From Histomonas meleagridis 2922-C6/04-290x (lineage: Eukaryota; Protista; Parabasalia), in NCBI GenBank assembly GCA_020184695.1, contig JAANOX010000017.1, positions 471,283 to 535,282 on the forward strand: 64,000 nt of DNA, read 5' to 3'. The notes beneath the pieces were generated by a model, which saw nothing but the letters and a program-made list of their open reading frames with translations, was not told the origin of the DNA and did not search any database. Both the position numbers and the translations under genes were made by a program. Positions 11,919-21,979 of this stretch are shown here, in pieces (the first letter of the stretch is position 1; each line of letters starts with the position of its first letter).

Positions 11919-13437
11919 ATGGAATCTGGCGCACCAAAAAATGACTCATTGAAAATACTAAAATTTATTCAACAAGCAATCTATAATTTAAATGATAAAA
12001 ATATTTCTCAAACAGTTCAATCATTAATCAATTTTTTAGACAATGATGAAATATACTCTTTTAATCTTCTGATTAGTCAGATCATTTTTTGTTTATTTAA
12101 ACATATGCAAGCAAAAATGGAACATATGGAAACATATTTAAATTTCATAAAAGAGATTGAAAAATTCGAAGAAAACTATCAAAGCAAATACAAAATCATC
12201 GATGTTTTTACAAATTTTCTGATCAATGAACATAAGCAAGAATCAAATTATCTTCTTGAATATATGGCTGAAAATAATTTCATTAATCCAAAAGTTGTGT
12301 TAAATACAAAGAGTTCATATTTTGTACATTACATGTCAAAAAATGAAATTAAAAGTTTAACGAACGACCCATTCATGTACCAAATTATTAACAATTATGA
12401 AGAACTTTCTAAGAATGATTGGGAACTTCATAAGAAATTAATTAAAGAAGGACATAATACAAATGAAATAGCAAAAATAATTCGAAATGATGAAATAGAA
12501 AAACTTCAAGAAATATCATCTCAAAATGATTTTAATTTTAATCAAACAATTAAGTCATCACTCTATGAAAGAAATTCATTTGTGAATTTTGATTGTTCAC
12601 TTATTGATTATGCAGCATTTTTTGGATCAATCAAATGTTTTAAATATTTAATGTTAAATAATGCTAATATAAAAAATACACTTGAATATGCAGTGGCAAG
12701 TGGAAACCTTGAAATCATTCATTTATGTGTACAAAATAATTCATCAAAATTATATTTATATCAAACAGCTATTGAATTTCATCGAAATGATATCTTTAAA
12801 TATCTTTATGAAAATAAAATTTGTAAGATTAAAAATCTGAGTAATTTAGGGAAGAAATGTGTTCTTTATCATAACTATGATATCTTTGCTTTGTTAGAAA
12901 AAGAAGGAATGAAAATAAATAAAGATATTATAAATGAATCAGCAAAAATAGGAAATATATTTCTACTTAAATATTTACTGCAAAATCATCCAATTCCAAA
13001 TGATATTTTAGTTACTGCTTCCGAATCAGGAAACATTGAACTTGTTAAATATATCTTAGACAGAAATGAAATTAATATTAATAATAAAAATATTTGTTTC
13101 CATTAGTTGATGTTTTTTGAAATATAAAATAATTTTAAAATAACATTTGGTAATTATTTATATTATTTGATACAGCACTTATTTCTGCATCTTCTTTTGG
13201 TTATACAGATATTGTTAAATTACTTCTTAAACAAGAAGAGATTGATATCAATACTAAAAATATTTGTTTGTTTTATTTAAAGCATATTTTCCTGATTTTA
13301 TATTTTAAAATAATAATCGAAAATTATTTAAATTATTTGAAACAGCACTTATATTGGCTACTCGAAATGGTCATACAGAAATAACTAAATTACTTCTTGA
13401 ACAAGAAGGAATTGATATCAATACTAAAGATATTTAA
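11919..13437 (+). CDS. Locus A: DUF3447-like/ankyrin protein with 2 spacer-interrupted ankyrin cassettes
   Basis: Conserved core IIRNDEIEKLQEIS...LIDYAAFFGSIKCFKYL. The ORF stops inside the first spacer block (13106). Cassette Thr codons are at 13172 and 13342. Confidence 0.7.
13092..13437 (+). repeat. Ankyrin cassette array A (170-nt period)
   Basis: Decoded hairpins KNDIGDTAL and KNKYEETAL. Confidence 0.85.
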
Positions 13438-13761
13438 AAGCTTTAAATAATATAAAGAAATTTCATAAAATTTCAATAAAATACTAGGAAAAAGACATGA
13501 GGAAAATGGTCCATTATTATTTAAGATATAAATTTTTTAATCATAAGATGTGCATAATTCTGTTAGAAATAACTATCTTATTTATGTATTCAATATCAAA
13601 AGATTGATATATGTATAGGATTCGATATCAACATATTTGCTGTAAATGTATTTGTCAAAACCGATAAGAATTTTGCGAAAGAGCACTTTTTATTGAGTGG
13701 CAAAACAGCAAATGTTGCTGTTTCAAATAATATAAAGAAAACAATGGCAATAATTAAGAGT

Positions 13762-14547
13762 TTAGTTACCGCCCATGATAAGGCCCATAAGCCTTTGCAT
13801 TCTTGGATCACCCAAATATGACATAATTGCAGCTGGATTTGCTTGTATCTTCTCATATAAATCCTGCATTTCAGGCTCTTGGAGAAGTGCTTGAACCTCT
13901 GGTGATTGAAGCTTTTGTCCTAATTGTGCAAACATTGGATTATTCATAAGACCCGAAAGGAAGTCCTGACCACCTTGTGGCTGTGGATTTGGTATTTCTG
14001 GGCCAAGCGATTCAAGGTTGTCTTTTAGATTCTGATTATTCGGACATGCGCGAAGTCCTCTTTTGTATGCTTCACGTGCTTTCTCAGTTTGGCCCATTGA
14101 ATAATATGCATAGCCAAGTCGAGAATAAGCTGTTGCATAGTCTGGTGTTAATTGTATTGCTTTCTCACAATCAGTTATTGCTTTTTCATGCTGGTTTATC
14201 TTTGAATAAACAGCGGCACGATTACAGTAATAGGCAGATTGCGTTGGGTCAACATCTATGGCTTCTGTATATTTAGATATGGCTTCTTGGAATTTTCCTG
14301 CTCTAAGTAAATCATTACCTTCAAGTTTGAGAGCATTAGCCTTCTCAGTATCATACCCGCTATCAGGTACGAGATCAAGAATTGAAGAAACTCCTGGAAT
14401 TGAAATTGATGAATTTTCTATTCCCCAAATGTTCTTCAAGCAATCAATTGCAACTTCTAATTCATCACGATGATCTTTATCTTCTTGACTACATGATTCA
14501 AGATATTGAAGAATCAAGCAACGCGCTGTTTTGTGCTTTCCGCTCAT
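13762..14547 (-). CDS. SGT2: SGT2/SGTA-like TPR co-chaperone
   Basis: N-terminal dimerisation motif (ELEVAIDCLKNIWGI), three TPRs (KLEGN...YYCNRAA...AYSRLG), C-terminal STI1/DP-like region. Confidence 0.85.
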   Translation of the reverse strand: MSGKHKTARCLILQYLESCSQEDKDHRDELEVAIDCLKNIWGIENSSISIPGVSSILDLVPDSGYDTEKANALKLEGNDLLRAGKFQEAISKYTEAIDVDPTQSAYYCNRAAVYSKINQHEKAITDCEKAIQLTPDYATAYSRLGYAYYSMGQTEKAREAYKRGLRACPNNQNLKDNLESLGPEIPNPQPQGGQDFLSGLMNNPMFAQLGQKLQSPEVQALLQEPEMQDLYEKIQANPAAIMSYLGDPRMQRLMGLIMGGN

Positions 14548-14625
14548 TTTCTTAAATAGCCGGCCAATTTTTGTATCGTCTGTTGCGATCGTAATGCCTT
14601 TTTAAATAGTTTATAAAAAAGCCTT

Positions 14626-17600
14626 TTGCAATTTTCAGATAAATCACTTAAAAAGTTATTGAACAATTGCATTTTAACTGATCTAAATTCATTGGAAGGA
14701 AAAAATCAAACTGCTTATCTCCAAAAATTGATTTCTCTAGAACATGTTGTATTTAACTCAATCGAAAATAACTTTGATTTTATTGTTGCAGAAACGATGA
14801 ATTTATTTGATGAAAGTTATCCTTATACATTTAATTGTATATTAGTTATTTTAGTTTATTCTGCATTCGTATCACACAGAGAGTCATTTGAAATGTATTT
14901 AAATTATTTACAAACAATCCAAGCAAAAGAAGATAAAATTATTAAAAACAATTCAAAAATTATTGAAATTTTTATTAATTATGTAAAAGAATTTAATACA
15001 CAAGAATCATATTACATTATTGAAAAAATGATTGAAAAAGACTTTGTTAATTCAAACATCACTCGAGGAATTAATTCTAAATTCTTTGTTCATTATAAAA
15101 CAGAAAAAGAAAACAAAAAAATTAAATCAAAAAGTTTAATGGATGAAAAATTTGATAAAAATTATTTAAAACTTTCAAAGAATGATTGGGAACTTCATAA
15201 GAAATATGTTAAAGAAGGAGCTAATCCAAATGAAATTGCGAAAATGATTCGAAATGATGAAATAGAAAATTTTCAAGAAATATCATCACAAAATGATTTT
15301 GATTTTAATCAAACAATTGAACCATCACTTTATGAAAGATGTTCATTTATTAATCAAAGAAATGTTACATTAATTGATTATGCAGCATTTTTTGGTTCAG
15401 TTAAATGTTTTAAATATTTACTTATTAATAATGCAAATTTAACAAATACAGGTAAATATGCAATTGCAAGTGGAAATTTAGAGATAATTCATTTATGTGA
15501 ACAGAATCATTCATCATTTGAAGATGTATATGAAACAACAGTTAAATTTCATCGGAATGAGATCTTCAAATATATTTATGAAAACAAAAGCGGAATTCAT
15601 CAAACAACAACTTATTTAAATAAAAAACAAATTCCATATAAAAATCTTGAATATTATATAAATAATGCACAAAGCTTATCTGATGTAAAGTTACAAGAAT
15701 TAATATATTATTGTATTAACAATGGAAATTATGAAATTTTTTCTATTTTAGAAGAAAAAATTAAATTTGATGAAAACATAATAAATGTAACAGCAAAAAC
15801 TGGAAATTTATATCTTGTTAAACATTTTCTTCAAAAATATCATGTTCCAAAATATATTTTATTGTTTGCTACAGAAGCAGGAAATATTGAACTTGTTCAA
15901 TATATTCTTGAACAAGAAGGAGTCGACATTAATATTAAAGATATTTGTTTTTTTGTTATAAAACTTGTTTTCTTATTATGATATTTGATAATAACATTTG
16001 GAATTTATTTATGATATTTAGAACACCTTTAATGATAGCATCTTCAAGAGGTTATGTAAACATTACTAAATTTCTTCTAGAACAAAAAGAAATTAACTTT
16101 AAAGTCAGGGATATTTCTTTACAATTCTTAAAATTTGTTGTGATAATAATGTAATTTTTTGGAATATTTGGAATTTTTTTTAGATATATTTGATTCAGCA
16201 CTCTTATATGCAGCACATTATGGTTATGTTGAAATATTTAAATTACTTTTTAATAAAGAAGAAAATAATCTTACTAAAAAAGTTATTTTTGATTGTTTTA
16301 TGTATGCTTTAATATGTTAATGTTTTAAATATATATTTGCTATCTGTTGAAAATATTTCAAACATCATTTTTTTATGCAACTTCAAATGGTCATTTAGAA
16401 TTAGTTAAATTACTCCTTGCTCTAAAAGATATCGATGTTAACATGAAAAATATTTATATGTTTTATACATTATTTATTTTAATAATTTGCTATATCAAAA
16501 TAATATTTAAAAATTATTCAAATTAATTCAAACACTTCTTATGAAAGCATCTGAAAATGGTCATACAGAAATAGTTAAATTGTTTCTTGAACAAGAAGGA
16601 ATTAGTGTTAATGATAAAGATATTTGTTTGTTATATTTTGTATTTATTTTAATGATTTGATATTTTAAAATAATATTTGGAAATTATTTATATATATTCA
16701 AACGGCGCTGATGTTTGCATCTCAAAATGGTCATGCAGAAGTAGTTAAAGTACTTCTTGCACAGGATGGAATTGATATTAATGAGAAATCTGTTTATTTG
16801 TTAAATTTAATATCAATTTATATAGTTTAAAATTTCATAAGATTATTTGGAAATTATTTATATATATTCAAACGGCGCTTATGTTTGCATCTCAAAATGG
16901 TCATGCAGAAGTATTTAAATTACTTCTTGCACAAAAAGGAGTTGATATCAATGTTAAAGAATTTTATATGTTTTATTTAAAATTTATTTTAAAAATTTTG
17001 GAATATTTTAAAACAATATTTGGAACATCACTTATTTATGCAACCAAAAATGGAAATTTAGAAATAGTTAAATTACTTCTTGAAAAAGAAGGAATTGATA
17101 TTAATGCTAAAGATATTTATTTGTTTTATTTAATATTTATTTTAATAATTTTATATTTCAATATAATATTTGGAAATTATTTAAATTATTTGAAACAGCA
17201 CTTATGTATGCATCTCAAAATGGCTATATACAAATAGTTAAATTACTTCTTGAACAAGAAGGAATTGATATTAATGATAAAGATATTTGTTTATTTTATT
17301 TGAAATTTATTTTAAATAATTTCGTATTTCAAAAAAATATATGGAAATTATTTTAAATATTTAAAACAGCACTTATGTTTGCATCTGAAAAAGGTCATAC
17401 AGAAATAGTTCAATTACTTCTTGAACAAGAATCAATTGATATTAATGCGAAGTGTATTTATTTGTTTTGCTTAAAATTTATTTTTGTGATTTTGGAATAT
17501 TTTAAAACAATATTTGGAAATTATTTTAATTATTTGGAACAGCACTTATTTATGCATCTAAAAATGGTCATTCAGAAATAGTTAAATTACTTCTTGAACA

Positions 17601-18278
17601 AGAATCAATTGATATTAATGCTAAAGATATTTGTTTATTTGATTTATAAAATTGCTTATCTGGGCATCTAAAAACAATTATACAGAAATAGTTAGGTTAC
17701 TTCTTAAACATAAAGGAATTGATGTTAATGCTAAAGATATTTATTTGTTTTATTTGAAATTTATTTTAATAATTTATTATTTCAAAATAATAATTGGAAA
17801 TTATTTAGAATATTTCGAACAGCACTTATTAAAGCATCTAGAGATGGTCATATAGAAATAGTTAAATTACTTCTTGAACAAGAAGGAATTGATATTAATG
17901 CTAAAGATATTTATTTGTTTTGCTTTATGAATGTTTTAATAATTCTTGATTTCAAAATAATATTTGGAAATTATTTAAATTATTTGGAACAGCACTTATT
18001 TATGCATCTAAAAATGGTAATACAGAAATAGTTAAATTACTTCTTGAACAAGAAGGAATTGATATTAATGCTAAAGATATTTATTTGTTTTATTAAATAT
18101 TTATTTTAATAATTTATTATTTCAATATAATATTTGGAAATTATTTAAATTATTTTGGACAGCACTTATGTGGGCATCTAGATATGGTCATAAAGAAATA
18201 GTTAAATTACTTCGTGAACAAGAAAGAATTATGAAAAAGAAATTCAAAAATGAATATGAATATTCTACAGATAAGTAA
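14626..18278 (+). CDS. Locus B: DUF3447-like/ankyrin protein with 14 spacer-interrupted ankyrin cassettes
   Basis: 451-aa open N-terminal frame with no ATG upstream of the conserved N-terminus. Cassette starts from 16023 to 18159. The final cassette runs into a natural C-terminus ...EYSTDK*. Confidence 0.7.
15943..18278 (+). repeat. Ankyrin cassette array B
   Basis: Intervals 172,167,170,170,170,153,170,171,173,110,170,170,170. Confidence 0.9.
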
Positions 18279-18545
18279 TTTAGTAAAGTTTCAATAGCTT
18301 GATTGAAATTTTCTTCATTTAAATCAGAAATAAATTATTCAAGGTCTCGCAACATTTGAAGGTATTCTTGATATTTATTTTTTCTTGTATGATTTTGACT
18401 TCCTCCCATCAATTAATGAAGATTGAAAAAGTGAAATGAGTTACCGTTTATCTCCGAATTTTTATCTTTTTAGACACTTCTCACTCGATTAACTTTTTTG
18501 CATTCATTTGGATTAACGGTCATCATTTGGGGTATACCCACAAAA

Positions 18546-19757
18546 ATGGAAAAGATCAGGTGCCATGTTTTCGAATATTTCCTTGCATTTAGTTTCGTAT
18601 TATTGTATCTATCTTTTTTTCAATCTTATCACAAGTATAATTCTGACGAACATTTTGAAGCATCAATTCAAAGATCAACAATTTTTGGAAAAATCTATCA
18701 ATTTAACAGAAAACTAATAATATACCTCATCAAGTTAAAGCGGACACTACTATTTCAGAATAAAAATGTCATTATAATTAATAATAACGAAATTAATTTA
18801 CAAAATAAGCAACATAACTTATCGGAAACTAATCACTCTAGTCAATCCAAGGCCCCTACTCCTGATTCTAAAATACATACAATGCAAACACCAACACCTC
18901 CTCCAAATGATCCAACATTATCACCAACGCCCACACTAGAAGTCCCCAAAATCACAAGCACCTCGTCCCCTTCGCTTACACATACAAATACACCTTCACA
19001 CATTATCACACATTCCAAAACTCAACAAAATCATATCACTTCACATTTTTCATCCAGTACAATTTCTGTATCTCATACACCAGAGCCAAATAGTTACACA
19101 CCACAGCCGGAACCAACAATTGTTGCTCAGCCAACTGTTACAGATGATGCTGAACCTATTATTCGCAAAGATGTTGAAATGCATCTCTCGTCTATTTCAT
19201 CTAAACTTTCATCCCATGTTACTGAGACCTTCGAAATCATTTCGAACATACGTAATAATGTTGACAATTTGTTCACACTTCATGAGTCGGAAGTCGAATT
19301 TTATTTATCACAAATTGATGATGAAGAAGGTTCACATACACATAAGCCAACACTTTCTTTGCTTCCGAGCAAATTCTTTGATCAGTTCGAAGGCGTTTCT
19401 CTTCCAAAAGGAGATAACAATCTTTGGGAAGCTGCTGGAACGAGTGCGGAGTTTAAGTTTAAAGTTTTGAGGAAATCTGTTTTCAGCAAAATATCATTTG
19501 GTTACGTAAGTGATGAAACATGCGTAATGAGGAAATTTTATGTTAAAATGAGACTGAAAGAGGAAGAAATTGCATCGAATATATTCACGCTGAAAACAAT
19601 GAGCGCTGTAAGACAGAATTTTACATTAGCATTTCCAGTGCAATTCGATGATTTCGATATTGTTGCTGTGGATAATTATGGAAACCAGTCGTACATATGT
19701 TTACCAGATTTTAAAGTATACCAAAGAGTTGGATTTCTTTCAGCAAACAATGATTAA
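18546..19757 (+). CDS. SUN (Sad1/UNC-84-like) domain membrane protein
   Basis: N-terminal TM segment, Pro/Thr/Ser-rich linker, coiled region, SUN-like C-terminus (DIVAVDNYGNQSYICLPDFKVY); probable ATG at 18546. Confidence 0.65.
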   Translation: MEKIRCHVFEYFLAFSFVLLYLSFFQSYHKYNSDEHFEASIQRSTIFGKIYQFNRKLIIYLIKLKRTLLFQNKNVIIINNNEINLQNKQHNLSETNHSSQSKAPTPDSKIHTMQTPTPPPNDPTLSPTPTLEVPKITSTSSPSLTHTNTPSHIITHSKTQQNHITSHFSSSTISVSHTPEPNSYTPQPEPTIVAQPTVTDDAEPIIRKDVEMHLSSISSKLSSHVTETFEIISNIRNNVDNLFTLHESEVEFYLSQIDDEEGSHTHKPTLSLLPSKFFDQFEGVSLPKGDNNLWEAAGTSAEFKFKVLRKSVFSKISFGYVSDETCVMRKFYVKMRLKEEEIASNIFTLKTMSAVRQNFTLAFPVQFDDFDIVAVDNYGNQSYICLPDFKVYQRVGFLSANND

Positions 19758-20236
19758 ATTGAAACCAAAAAGAATAACGATAGAACGATACGCATTGAAA
19801 AGTGGTTTCAATAGGATTTTATCGTTTCATTTGATTCATGATCTGATACAACTCTGAACAATGCAAAGAAAATAACAATGTCCAAAGCTGATGTTGCCCC
19901 TTTGTGTTAATAAATTTATGTAATAGAAAGAAAATTATTTCAAACTATTTTAATTTTGATTGTGAATCACAAAAAGAATTAAAACACACAATTTTATTCA
20001 TTATCATAAAAAAATTTTTATCTTACAAATGCTTGAATGGCGTTATGAAAAGTAAGAAAATAGAAAACAAAAAATATTTTTAATACAAAAAATGATAATA
20101 TCATCATTTGCTAAGAATTTATATTGTATTTCTAAACTTGGCGCTTGTAGTTGGTAGGTTAATATTCTTAAAGATTGAAATCATGAAACTGATTTAAACA
20201 TTTTAACATCATTGAACTGTTATCCATATTTTTAGG

Positions 20237-20578
20237 TTAGCCCACCAAAGGCTTGTTTGACTTGTTTGTTTTTCTCAATCTTTTTTGAAGGTTGTTTTGC
20301 TCATGTTTCATTATTTCAGCCATTTCTTTGATTTTTTGCAATTTAAGATCCTTTTCTGAAATGCATTGGCTACTTGTGTCTTTAGCTTTCATATCTTCTG
20401 TCTGAATAATATACATTCCTTTTGGAAATACGAAGATTTTTGCACGAGTTGAATTTTCAAGTTTCTTATTTACATATATTTTAAATTGTTCTTTCCTTTG
20501 ATTACACTGTGCTTCAAGGTCCCTTATAAACTTATTTTTATGGATATGTTCTATTTGAGATTTCTTTGTTGAATTCAT
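20237..20578 (-). CDS. Hypothetical basic coiled-coil protein
   Basis: 113-aa ATG-initiated ORF, no recognised domain. Confidence 0.45.
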   Translation of the reverse strand: MNSTKKSQIEHIHKNKFIRDLEAQCNQRKEQFKIYVNKKLENSTRAKIFVFPKGMYIIQTEDMKAKDTSSQCISEKDLKLQKIKEMAEIMKHEQNNLQKRLRKTNKSNKPLVG

Positions 20579-20695
20579 TATGTTTACTGTACGTTAAGAG
20601 CATATACCATTTTTTGAGCGAAAAATGATCGATTTGACATTCCATTTAACATCACAAGTCATATTAATTAGACCAAACAAAGTCTGTCAATTCGA

Positions 20696-20700
20696 CCTTT
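20696..20700 (+). promoter_or_regulatory. M5-like core promoter motif CCTTT
   Basis: Ends 3 nt before the ATG of a ribosomal protein gene; M5 is a described alternative initiator enriched at T. vaginalis ribosomal protein genes. Confidence 0.5.
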
Positions 20701-20703
20701 TCG

Positions 20704-21132
20704 ATGAGGTTGTTCGTCAAGACAAACGAAGGAAAGCAAATCTCTTTGAATGTTGACTCTTCAAGCACAGTTGAAGAAATCAAGTCAATGATTCAAGCAG
20801 ATGGCTTCCTCATTTTTGCTGGCAAAGAATTAGAAGATGGATTCACTCTTCAAGATTACGAAATAGAAGAAGATTCCGTTCTTTATGACATCCCAGAATG
20901 CGATGGTGGTAAAAAGAAGAAGAGGAAGAAGAAGAGCTTCACAACAAAGAAGAGGGTTCCACATACACGCAAGAAGGAAAAGATGAAGCTCCTTAAGTTA
21001 TTCAAGATTGGAAAGGATGGATCTGTTGAACCACAACGCAAAGAATGTGAAAACTGCAAGGGTTGTTTCATGGCCAAACATAAAGATGGACGTCTTTATT
21101 GCGGCAATTGCCATCTTACAATTACTAAGTAA
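20704..21132 (+). CDS. RPS27A: Ubiquitin-like/40S ribosomal protein S27a (eS31) fusion with a divergent Ubl
   Basis: GG|KKKKRKKK junction, C4 zinc finger (CENC...CGNC), N-terminal Ubl (LIFAGKELEDGFTLQDY). Confidence 0.9.
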   Translation: MRLFVKTNEGKQISLNVDSSSTVEEIKSMIQADGFLIFAGKELEDGFTLQDYEIEEDSVLYDIPECDGGKKKKRKKKSFTTKKRVPHTRKKEKMKLLKLFKIGKDGSVEPQRKECENCKGCFMAKHKDGRLYCGNCHLTITK

Positions 21133-21281
21133 ACATTCACAAAATATTGAAGTTGTTTTGCTTTTTGAAAAAAAAAAATAAATAAATTATTTTTAAAAAA
21201 AGAGAATTAGTATTTAGATCTCCTTATTTTACTGATCCAATCGAATATAGACCAATAAGAATTTATCATCCATTTACTGCG

Positions 21282-21803
21282 ATGAATAGATACTTTAATA
21301 ATCTTGAACTTCGTTTAAATTCTTTATTTGCTGATGCATTTGATGATGAATTTAATAATATGATTGAACAAGATAAACCTAAAGAAGAAAAAGAAGAAAA
21401 ACCTGTTAAAAAGAATGAAAATTATATTCCACAAAAATATTATAGAACTTATTCATCACAAAGTTATTTTAATGGTAATGAAAAATTCGAAGAAATTCGT
21501 GAGCAAACTAAAGATGGTGATAAAACATATATTTCTAAAATTAAAGAATTGGTAATCGTTGAGTTCAAGTTGATGAAGTTGTAGATAAAGAAGGTAAGAA
21601 AACAACTAAAGAAACATGGCATAATGTAGATAAAAATGAAAATTGATGCATTTTAAAATTAAAGGTCTTTAAGACGTGGTATTGAAGCTATTGGTAGTAA
21701 AAATGAAGAAAAACCTGCAATTAAATCAGAAAATACAGAGACAAAGGAAGAAACTAAAGAAGAAACTAAGGAAGAACCTAAAGAAACAAAAGAACAACAA
21801 TAA
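21282..21803 (+). pseudogene. Frameshifted or stop-disrupted gene, weakly myeloid-leukaemia-factor-like, Glu/Lys-rich tail
   Basis: The 100-aa ORF continues in other frames (IGNR*VQVDEVVDKEGKKTTKETWHNV...EETKEETKEEPKE*); the family call is from memory only. Confidence 0.4.
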
Positions 21804-21979
21804 AAATATTAAAATAAACATGTAAATTAAATTTTTTTTTATTATTTTTTAAATTAAATTATGAAATTAATAAATCATTTCTTAAACATTCTTCTATTCA
21901 TTTGAAAAAGTAAATTCATATTTCTAAACTGTTTATATTTTACTAATATAATTTCTGTAAAAAAAAATTAAAAATATTT

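Noticed and set aside
16881-17855. Short ORF-track ORFs across the arrays (also 25902-26675, 43579-44265, 56402-57143) as independent small membrane proteins
   Set aside because: They are chimeras of one cassette frame plus spacer read-through.
15943-18160. Each 68-80-nt block as a single GT-AG intron (GTTT...ACAG)
   Set aside because: The AG lies inside the Thr-Ala codons, the GT position varies or is absent, joins are out of frame or delete the hairpin, and there is no ACTAAC branch motif. The 17/3 parse explains the block far better.
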